Positions 26,199 through 34,900 of a DNA stretch of 56,644 bases are shown one piece after another. The notes below the pieces were generated by a model that made no database searches, was not told where the DNA came from, and saw nothing but the letters and a program-made list of their open reading frames with translations. The position numbers and the translations under genes were made by a program. The stretch lies in assembly GCA_045577475.1 (NCBI GenBank), contig JAZNIM010000087.1, positions 1-56,644 of the forward strand. The letters run 5' to 3'. Position 1 is the first letter of the stretch. Each line of letters starts with the position of its first letter. This stretch comes from Eubacteriales bacterium. Lineage in GTDB: Bacteria > Bacillota > Clostridia > Oscillospirales > CAG-382.

Positions 26199-26978
26199 CT
26201 ATTTACGTATAACTTCCGAATTCATGTCAGGAATTACTCCGATAACGGCAATTCCCGTTTTTTCGGCAAGAGTTTTTTCGTCCTTTACTCTTGTGTCTGT
26301 AATTTCAATAATATAGACAATTGCAAATGACAAAATCAATCCAAACAGAATGCCTGCAAGAGTCATAAGCACAACTCTGTTATTCACGGGTTTATCGGAA
26401 AGAATTGCCTTGTCTATTACGGTTACTACACCCACGCCCGGGTACTTTTTTTCAATGTAATCCGAAGCAATAATTTCTATGCACTTTGCAATGGCATAGG
26501 CTTCCTCGTGAGAGCCTGACTGAACAGAAACATCAAAGGATATTTTTTCCTCCTCAGACCCATACTTTATCATTTGCTTTATGCCATCGGCTGTATATTC
26601 TTTACCGTTGTCTTTGACATAATCCACAACCGCAGAAAGAAGCATTCTCTTTTCGGCAGAGTCAGACAGTCTTTCGTTGCCGTTCATATAAAAAGCAACC
26701 TCTTCCGAAAAATCACGGGTATTCAGGATATCTATGTATGTGCCGAGAACAAGCTGTGCATACGCAACATCCCGCTGGCTGTCAAGTACATCACTTTCAA
26801 CACTCTGCCCTCTTGTCTGAATACAATACTTCGTGCTTGCCTCATATTGGGGCTTTTCGACATTCTTGCTGTACATATAAAATGCCGCACCAAATATTAT
26901 CATTGCAGCAACAAGCAAATATATCCGCTTGATTGCTATTTTACACAAATCTATAAGTGCAATTTCCTTTTTATCCAT
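26199..26978 (-). CDS. Wzz/CpsC-type polysaccharide chain-length determinant (BY-kinase transmembrane modulator)
   Basis: Two TM segments, N-terminal (IYLLVAAMIIFGAAFYMY) and C-terminal (VLMTLAGILFGLILSFAIVYII), flank an extracytoplasmic domain. It lies immediately upstream of the BY-kinase. Confidence 0.8.
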   Translation of the reverse strand: MDKKEIALIDLCKIAIKRIYLLVAAMIIFGAAFYMYSKNVEKPQYEASTKYCIQTRGQSVESDVLDSQRDVAYAQLVLGTYIDILNTRDFSEEVAFYMNGNERLSDSAEKRMLLSAVVDYVKDNGKEYTADGIKQMIKYGSEEEKISFDVSVQSGSHEEAYAIAKCIEIIASDYIEKKYPGVGVVTVIDKAILSDKPVNNRVVLMTLAGILFGLILSFAIVYIIEITDTRVKDEKTLAEKTGIAVIGVIPDMNSEVIRK

Positions 26979-27012
26979 ATTATTTCCTCACAAACCTGCA
27001 AATATATATTGT

Positions 27013-27041
27013 AGTATAACACACAATTCAGTTAATTGCAA
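27013..27041 (-). promoter_or_regulatory. sigma-A promoter for the wzz / BY-kinase pair
   Basis: The minus strand reads TTGCAA-17 nt-TATACT with TG one nt upstream of the -10 (extended -10). Confidence 0.6.
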
Positions 27042-27050
27042 GCATCATTT

Positions 27051-27560
27051 TTAATTAAGCAGCGATAAAACGCTGTTTTTTATTTTTTCCACGTTTTGTG
27101 ATACTCCCGCATTCTCGCAGTTTACGGTAACATCGGCATACTTTTCGTAAAAGGGAGTTCTGTATGCGTATATGTCGCCGAGAGTTTCACCGCTTTCTGC
27201 GGCAATTCCCCTTGTGTCACGGTTATTTATACGTTTTTTAATTTCTTCGAGAGGCAGCTTTATGTATACACACACACCGTTTTCAAGCAGGTGCTTCATG
27301 GATTTTTCCCTCAGCACCGCACTTCCGCCTGTTGAAATAACGCAAGGCTTACTCAGATCAAGTGAAAGTATAGCCTGCTCCTCTTTATCAAGAAGTCCCC
27401 CGACGCCCTCTTTTTCAAGTGTTTCCTGCAAAAGACAGCCTGTCATGTTCTGGATAACAATATCCGTATCCACAAACCCCAGTCCCAGCTCCTTTGCAAG
27501 TATAACTCCGAGAGTGCTTTTTCCGCAGCCGGGCATTCCCACAAGGATAATACTTTTCAT
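27051..27560 (-). CDS. aroK: shikimate kinase
   Basis: MKSIILVGMPGCGKSTLG P-loop and DTD motif, about 169 aa. Its ATG overlaps the folD stop (TAATG). Confidence 0.85.
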   Translation of the reverse strand: MKSIILVGMPGCGKSTLGVILAKELGLGFVDTDIVIQNMTGCLLQETLEKEGVGGLLDKEEQAILSLDLSKPCVISTGGSAVLREKSMKHLLENGVCVYIKLPLEEIKKRINNRDTRGIAAESGETLGDIYAYRTPFYEKYADVTVNCENAGVSQNVEKIKNSVLSLLN

Positions 27561-28414
27561 TATTTGCCTGCCTTCAGCTTTGCAGAAGAAAGGGTATTCT
27601 TCATAAGCATAGTAATTGTCATGGGACCGACGCCTCCGGGAACGGGTGTTATGTATGAAACCTTCTTTTCGCATTCTTCAAAGTCAACATCGCCGCAAAG
27701 CTTTCCGTTTTCATCTCTGTCCATTCCCACATCAATTACAACTGCGCCGTCCTTTATCATGTCAGCCTTCAAGAACTTTGCCTTGCCTATTGCCATTACA
27801 ACAACATCTGCACGTCTTAAAACCTCGGCAAGATTCTTTGTTCTTGAGTGGCAGACAGTCACCGTTGCATTTGCATGAAGCATAAGCATTGCCTGAGGCT
27901 TGCCTACAATATTGCTTCTGCCTACAACCGCAACCTCCTTGCCGCATACGTCTATGTTATACGCCTTTAAAAGCTCCATAACGCCTGCAGGGGTGCAAGG
28001 AAGGAAGTTATAATCGCCTATCATAATCTTACCCACATTCACGGGATGGAAAGCATCAACATCCTTGTTGTAGTCAATATTATTAACGATAAGTGCCTCA
28101 TCAAGGTGCTTTGGCAAAGGTGACTGAACAAGAATACCGTGGATTTTATCGTTTTTATTTAAGCTATGTACAAGCTCTAAAAGCTGTTCCTTTGTAGTTT
28201 GTTCGGGAAGTCTGTGGATTTCGGAATAAAATCCTACCTCCTCGCAAGCCTTGCCCTTGTTTCTTACATAAATCTGGGATGCTGGGTCTTCACCAACGAT
28301 AATTACCGCAAGACCGGGTTTTATTCCCGTTTCCTTTTCAAATGCAGCACTTTCCGCCTTGATTTCTTCTCTTATTTTAGCACTTACTGCTTTTCCGTCA
28401 ATTATTGTTGCCAT
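27560..28414 (-). CDS. folD: bifunctional methylenetetrahydrofolate dehydrogenase/cyclohydrolase
   Basis: MATIIDGKAVSAKIREE..., VGEDPASQIYVRNK, TPAGVMELL and GRSNIVGKP are FolD signatures. Confidence 0.9.
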   Translation of the reverse strand: MATIIDGKAVSAKIREEIKAESAAFEKETGIKPGLAVIIVGEDPASQIYVRNKGKACEEVGFYSEIHRLPEQTTKEQLLELVHSLNKNDKIHGILVQSPLPKHLDEALIVNNIDYNKDVDAFHPVNVGKIMIGDYNFLPCTPAGVMELLKAYNIDVCGKEVAVVGRSNIVGKPQAMLMLHANATVTVCHSRTKNLAEVLRRADVVVMAIGKAKFLKADMIKDGAVVIDVGMDRDENGKLCGDVDFEECEKKVSYITPVPGGVGPMTITMLMKNTLSSAKLKAGK

Positions 28415-29249
28415 TATCTTTTTTCCTTTCAATTAACTTTTTGCTTCTCAAGCCGATTATTATTCCAAGGCCTGCCACAAAGCACAACAGCGCAAGAAGC
28501 TGGCTTATTCTGATATCGCCCGATGTAAGGCTGTCTGTTCTGAGTCCCTCAATGATGCATCTGCCAAGGCCATACCATGTAAGATACCACACCAGTACCT
28601 CACCGTCAAATGCCTTTTTCCCAAAGAAAAGGTTCATCAGCACAAAACCGCCCAAATTCCATACCGATTCATACAAAAATGTGGGATGCACAACAGCACC
28701 GTCTATTGTCATTCTCAGGGGATTATTCAGGCTGAACTCGGATATATCAAGCTTTTTTCCGAGAAATTCGTACACGCTTGCACTTCCGTAAGCCTCGGCA
28801 TTGAAAAAGTTTCCCCATCTGCCGATTATCTGACCGAGAATAAGACCGGGTGCGGCACAGTCGTACATTTTCATCAGCGGCTTCTTCTTATACTTACATA
28901 CAAGTCCGAAGGAAATGACTCCCGCAATAACTCCGCCGTATATGGCAAGTCCGCCTTCCCACACGGCTATCACATCGTAAAATGACTTATAGCTGTCAAG
29001 CTCTGCAAGAACATAATAAAGTCTTGCACCTATTATCGCACTCGGTACGCAAATGAGAATCAAATCGGACAGGTCATTTGACGTGACTCCGATTTTTTTC
29101 ATTCTCATATACGCCACTGCAAATCCGAGAACTATTGCAAGGCATATAATTACGCCGTACCAATACACCGTAAATGAGCCTATTTGTAAAAACACCCTGT
29201 TAAGACTGAACTGTGGTATTCCAAGTCCGGGAAAAGCTATTTTTGACAT
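28398..29249 (-). CDS. lgt: prolipoprotein diacylglyceryl transferase
   Basis: YGVIICLAIVLG, GARLYYV, GGLAIYGG and GRWGNFFNAEAYG are Lgt signatures. GGAGG SD precedes MSKIAFPG. Confidence 0.9.
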   Translation of the reverse strand: MSKIAFPGLGIPQFSLNRVFLQIGSFTVYWYGVIICLAIVLGFAVAYMRMKKIGVTSNDLSDLILICVPSAIIGARLYYVLAELDSYKSFYDVIAVWEGGLAIYGGVIAGVISFGLVCKYKKKPLMKMYDCAAPGLILGQIIGRWGNFFNAEAYGSASVYEFLGKKLDISEFSLNNPLRMTIDGAVVHPTFLYESVWNLGGFVLMNLFFGKKAFDGEVLVWYLTWYGLGRCIIEGLRTDSLTSGDIRISQLLALLCFVAGLGIIIGLRSKKLIERKKDNGNNN

Positions 29250-29262
29250 ACTATTTCCTCCG

Positions 29263-30540
29263 TCAGTCAAGAGGATATACTTGTGAAAGGGTGAAATTAT
29301 CCTCAAAAAATCCGTCTTTCAGGAGCTTTTCAACATCCTGCTTTGTTACCTCGTTGCATATTTCGGGATAATCCAGTATATCCGAGCCGTCAAACACCGC
29401 AACAAGCATTTCGTTTGCTATATCCTCGGTGCTGTTGAACATATGAAGAAGGCTTGCGTATCTTGCTCTCTTGATTCTCTCAAAGCTTTCGTCATCAAAA
29501 CCTGTTTCCTTATAATGTGCAATTTCCGCTTTTATTGCCTCAAAAGCCTTTTCAGGCTCCTTTGCACTACCCGATATTTCACAGTAGCCGAAGGTTTCAT
29601 GACCGTCATAGGCAATTGAAAAGTCATCGTCGATAACGCCCGCTTTTGTCATCCTTGTATAGAATGGGGCGGATTTGCTGAACATCAGGTCAAGAAGAAT
29701 TTCATACTGTGCCTTCTTTACCGCAAGTGCCCTTCCCGAAACGGGGCATTTATTGTCTTTTATTCCCACGCTGAACAAGGGTGTTGCAACCTGCATTTTC
29801 TTTGTCACAACAGCCGTCTTTACGTTTTTCGGCTCATCGGGATATATTCTTTGAGTTTTTGGAGCCTGATTGAATTTGAGTATTTTATCGCAGATTTCGT
29901 CAACCCTGTCACATTCCACTCTGCCGCACACAACAAGCACCATATTTTCAAGGTTATAGAATGTATTGTATGCATCAAACAAAATTTCGGGGGTAATCTT
30001 TGCGATTGTTTCGGTTGTACCTGCTATATCAATTCTAACAGGATTGTTGTGATAAAGTCCCGAAAGCATACCGAAATACAACTGCCAGCCGGGATTGTCA
30101 TCGTACATTTTAATTTCCTGACCGATAATTCCCTGCTCTTTTTCAACGGTTTTGTCCGTAAAATAAGGCTCTGTTACAAAGGAAAGCAGAATTTCAAGGG
30201 ACTCATACACATTATCCGCCGCAGAAAACAGATACACCGTTCTTTCATTGGAGGTATACGCATTTGCTGACGCACCTGTTTTTGCATAAAGCTCAAAGGT
30301 ATCTCTGCCGTCGGGATTTTCAAACATCTTATGCTCAAGAAAATGTGCAACACCGTCGGGAAGCACCACATGCTTGCCGTTCGTTACAAACTCCCTCTCA
30401 CATGAGCCGAATTTGGTTGCAAACGCCGCATAGCTTATTCCGAAGTCCTTGGGGTACACATACACATCAAGACCGCTTTTGTGCTTTTTATAGTAATATT
30501 TTTCGTTTATCGCTTTATTCTCTTTAATTTTAAAGTCCAT
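29263..30540 (-). CDS. M16B family zinc peptidase, active-site subunit (YmfH-like)
   Basis: An HFLEH (HxxEH) zinc motif is present. 425 aa. It starts 3 nt after the partner gene. Confidence 0.8.
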   Translation of the reverse strand: MDFKIKENKAINEKYYYKKHKSGLDVYVYPKDFGISYAAFATKFGSCEREFVTNGKHVVLPDGVAHFLEHKMFENPDGRDTFELYAKTGASANAYTSNERTVYLFSAADNVYESLEILLSFVTEPYFTDKTVEKEQGIIGQEIKMYDDNPGWQLYFGMLSGLYHNNPVRIDIAGTTETIAKITPEILFDAYNTFYNLENMVLVVCGRVECDRVDEICDKILKFNQAPKTQRIYPDEPKNVKTAVVTKKMQVATPLFSVGIKDNKCPVSGRALAVKKAQYEILLDLMFSKSAPFYTRMTKAGVIDDDFSIAYDGHETFGYCEISGSAKEPEKAFEAIKAEIAHYKETGFDDESFERIKRARYASLLHMFNSTEDIANEMLVAVFDGSDILDYPEICNEVTKQDVEKLLKDGFFEDNFTLSQVYPLD

Positions 30541-30542
30541 GT

Positions 30543-31835
30543 TTATTCCTCCGCACCCTCGTTCTGTGCCGTTCCTTTCAGAAAATACACGGTATCAAGC
30601 TGTACTTTATTTGCAACGGCGGCAACTTCTTCTGCGGTTGTGTTTTGTATTCTTTCGGCAACCTCATAGGGCTGTGCAAAATTTGAGCATATAATTCTTG
30701 CAAGATACCATGCGGAAAGTGCCGCAGGGTTATCGTCAAGGGTTTTATAGCTGTTGATAACACTGAGCTTTGCCGCAGAAAGCTCATCCTCGGAAATGTT
30801 GCCCTTCTTAATCTCATTTAGCTCATGAAGTATAGCTTCAAGTGATTTATCCCTGTTTTCCGACTCAATTCCCGACAGCACAAACATTACGCCCTTATAG
30901 GAATCGGGTACAGACTTGCAGTAATAGCAAAGACTCAGCTTTTCACGCACATTCATAAACAGCTTACTTACAGGCGAGCCGCCGAATATCTCATTAAACA
31001 GTGCCATTGCCGCACTGTCGCAGTCATTGACTTTAACGCCTGTCCTGAAGCCTATTGCAAGCTTGCCCTGACTTACGGGCATTTCCTCGGTGCACTCAAG
31101 TGTTTCGGAGCGTGCCTTACCTGTCACATAGGTTTCGCAAAGAGGGGCAGGCTTTCTGTCCTTGACAAGCTCAAAAACAGCTGCAAATTCCTTTGCAATT
31201 TCCTCGCCGTCACCATCGCCGTTGAAGAAGATTTCCACCTGTGCGGTTCTGAGCATATTGAGATAAAACTCATACAGGCTCTTTTCAGTAACATGAGGAA
31301 TGTCCTCAATCTCTCCCTCGGTGTCAATGCTGTATTTTTCTCCCTCGCACATAAGCTCGGTGCACTTTTTCTTGGCATATGCGTTTTTGTTGTTGATAAT
31401 GGATTTTATGTCCTTTTCAAGCTGTATTTTTTCCAAAGACAAAAGCTCGCCGTCAAAGCCGCCGTCAACAAGTCTTGGCTTAAAAATAATCTGGCGGAAC
31501 ATCTCTATCGCTTCAGACAAAAGATTTTCGCTGCCCTTTGGCACATAGTCGTTCTTGAGAAATTCGCTTTCATAGCAGAATATAATTCTCTCGCCTCTTT
31601 TGAAGGTGTGAACGCAGGCGCTTGTATCATAAAGATAATCAAGTCTGTTATTTATTGCCGCAACATCGGGATACTTTTCGCTGGCTCTGAAAAGAATTCC
31701 CGTGAGAAGTGACATGGGTGTTGTATTTTCTCTTTCGAGGTTCATCACAAATGCAACCTGAAAAAAGTTGGTTTTGAATTTTGACTGGGGAATCATATTA
31801 AAATGAATCCCATCCGATATTTTGATTCTCTGCAT
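30543..31835 (-). CDS. M16B family peptidase-like protein lacking HxxEH (YmfF-like, non-catalytic partner)
   Basis: Insulinase-fold length and pattern, but the position equivalent to HxxEH reads LTGILFRASEKYP. The start is taken at MQRIKISDG after an AAAGGA SD. Confidence 0.7.
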   Translation of the reverse strand: MQRIKISDGIHFNMIPQSKFKTNFFQVAFVMNLERENTTPMSLLTGILFRASEKYPDVAAINNRLDYLYDTSACVHTFKRGERIIFCYESEFLKNDYVPKGSENLLSEAIEMFRQIIFKPRLVDGGFDGELLSLEKIQLEKDIKSIINNKNAYAKKKCTELMCEGEKYSIDTEGEIEDIPHVTEKSLYEFYLNMLRTAQVEIFFNGDGDGEEIAKEFAAVFELVKDRKPAPLCETYVTGKARSETLECTEEMPVSQGKLAIGFRTGVKVNDCDSAAMALFNEIFGGSPVSKLFMNVREKLSLCYYCKSVPDSYKGVMFVLSGIESENRDKSLEAILHELNEIKKGNISEDELSAAKLSVINSYKTLDDNPAALSAWYLARIICSNFAQPYEVAERIQNTTAEEVAAVANKVQLDTVYFLKGTAQNEGAEE

Positions 31836-31885
31836 ATTGCATGTCCTTTCATAAATCACTGAAAACGATAAAAGGTATTCATAAT

Positions 31886-31914
31886 ATTATACAACGTTTC
31901 ATCAAAGCTGTAAA
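31886..31914 (-). promoter_or_regulatory. sigma-A promoter for the M16-lgt-folD-aroK unit
   Basis: The minus strand reads TTTACA-17 nt-TATAAT. Confidence 0.6.
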
Positions 31915-31950
31915 CCGATGTTTTTATGAATTTACAAACAATTAACAGCA

Positions 31951-34900
31951 TTACATGTTTTGCTTTTTCCACTTTTCAAGTGCCGAAGCAACAATTGAAT
32001 AAGCCGCCTCGTCACCTGCACTTTTGCATATATCCGAGAGCTGCTTGAGGCAATAATATTGCAGCCGTCCTTGTTCGTCATGCCTTATTCTACACTCGGC
32101 ATTTTTCAAAAGACTCAAAAGCACAAGCCTGTAGCTTTCAGTATTGTCCCCGATAAATGAACGCAGCCTTTTTTCTTCAAGGGACAGGCAATATCCGCAA
32201 AACGCCGCACATATATACAGCCGTATCTTTTCATCTGTTTTTTCTCTGTCCATCAACATCCGTGTCAGCCCTGTAACCGTATATTCTTTAAGAGAGCTAT
32301 CGGTATATACAAGCTTTACCGCCTGCTTTGCCGCCGACAACACATCGCTCTTTTGGGTTAAAATCACAAGGCTTGCTTTATTCCCGTCACATTCCGGAAT
32401 GTCAGGCATTTTATTACGGTCAATTTCAAGGCTTTCACTGAAAAGTATTGCATCGGCTTTGATTTTTTCTTTGTCACGAAGAATACGTTTTCTCACGTTA
32501 TAAATACCTTCAAAGCTCTTGGCATATCCCACCGCAAAAACATACTGTGTTTTGCCTGCATCCTTATTACCTTCATCAAAAAACAATCTGCCGCTTTTTT
32601 TTAAGCCGTCCGCACTGCAAACGCATTGGTTTATTCTGCCCGATTCGTCTATGCAAAATCCGAATGCAAAGCACATTTTTCCGTCAAGGTAGAATACCAC
32701 GCCGCCCGCCTCTGTCTGTACAAGTGCAGCTTGTTTTATAACCGCATCAAGGTATACTTTTCTGCCTTGTGTGCAATTTACCGTGATGATTTTTGCAGGC
32801 TCTCTTTTTGCGGTAAACCACTCTGCCGCAAAGCCTGTGTTATTACCGCAGTATTTGCCTTCATATGAATCACAGCATACAATTTCTTCACCGACAAACA
32901 CCTGTATCCGATTTTTATTATCGCAAATTTCTGTGATTTCCTTTGGCTCTTTTGCTTGTTCAGTATCGTTTTCCGCAGTATATTCAGGTCTTAAAACAGG
33001 CTTTGACAGCATGGGATAATACTTTCTCGCCCGCTTTTTGATATACACCTCTGTGGGAATTCTTTCTTCAAGAAGCTCCAAGGCACTTGAATTTTTACCA
33101 TCGGACATGAAGAATTTTCTTACACACCCGTCAAAAATCAGATTTCCCGCCCCACATATGCTCATCCCCAGATGATGGGACATAAAGCATCTTACAATGC
33201 CGTAACCATTTTCCGCATCATGCCGCTCAAAATCGCAGCTTTCATAAAAGCCGTATTTTCCGTACATTCCCAAATCCCGCAGATTTTTCAGGTTTTCAAG
33301 GCTTTTTTCATAATCCGTTTCAAGCATGAGATAGGAAGAATACGGCGACACAACCTGCTGACGTGAGAAAACACACAGAGCGATTTCTTCGTTGCCAAAG
33401 GCATGATATCTGTAGTTACCCGCCTCATCAAGGCTGTTATAACAGCTTTCGGAGATTCCGAAAATACGCCTTTCGTTATATTCCTTGCCGCACCTGACAT
33501 TCATCCACTGAGCGAACCTCAACGCTTCAAAGCTAAGGCTTCCGTATACCGTGGGAAGAAAAATTGCAGGCATGAAGTATTCAAACACCGTTCCGCTCCA
33601 GCTTGCGAGTCCCACGTATCTGTCAGACTCGGCAAGCTGCCGTGAAAGGCTCCCAAAATGTGTGCTTTCCACCTGTCTTTGAGCAACCGCCGTAAAGCTG
33701 AGTATTCTCGTTTCGCTCATCAGCATGTCATAGCAGTTTTTGCTGTAGGTGATGTCTGAGTTATCCTCAACCGTAAAGCCTATATAAAAAAGCTTTCTCT
33801 TTTTGTTGTACATAAGTGAAAGATCCGCTTCATCAATTAGGCTTTGTACCTTTTTTCTAAGTCCCTCATAATCACCGCATTCTTTTTCATATTCTTCCAA
33901 CGCCCCCAAAAGAACAAACAAACAGGCAATATAGTTTCCCTCGTCAACGCTTGAAACGAATTTCGGCTTCATGGGCTGTGCCGAACTCACATCATACCAG
34001 TTATACAAAAGTCCCTTGTATTTAGGTATTTTAATGAGTGTGTCAAGAGTGTCATTACATATTTTTTCAAGCTGCTTTGTGCTTAAAAGTCCCGATTTAC
34101 GTGCAACACATGCTGAGGCAAGATACAAGCCTATATTCGTAGGCGAGGTCATAAACGACACCTTTTCGCAGGGGTAAAAGGAGATGTTGTCAGGCGGAAG
34201 GTAATTTGTTTTTTCGCTTACGTTATCCTCGAAATACTGCCACATATCGGCGATATTTTCAAGAAGAAGCTGTTTTTCTTCCACCGTCACAACAGGCTGT
34301 TCCATTTTTTTCTCTTTTCCCGAATAATACGCCGTAAAGGGTGAAGAAAGCCATGCAAGTCCCACAAGCCTTACAAAGGAATTATTGGTACATGTGATAA
34401 GAACAACTCCGCAAAGAGCACCGAACAGGTTCTTTTTTACATACCCGAGAATACCGTCCCTGCTTTCTCTGTCGCTTTGTGCCGCCGTCATCCATTCAAG
34501 AGTGTTTTTATGCGAAACACACATTCTGTAAAGGGAGCGCAATATTGCATCAAAGCACACATATGCACTTTGGGGAATAAATGACAAAGCAAGAAAAGTC
34601 CGCATCAGCTCTGCCCATATACCGCTGTATACGCCTTTGGAATAAAACAGACGCCGCAGATTATATAAGAACGCCTTGCGAAGGCTTGAAACAAGGGTAT
34701 AAACAAACGGAAGCAAATATGGAGATACAGATACTGTCACAAGCATCGTGCTTACAGCCCTTTCTTTTACCGCAAGGGACAAAAGCATCAGAACAAGAGA
34801 AAAAATCTGCAGCATGCCGTCTGCTATATTTTCAAGCATGAGATATTTTGACGTAAAATCAACGCCGTTTACTATTTTTTCGTTATGTGAATTTTTCCTT

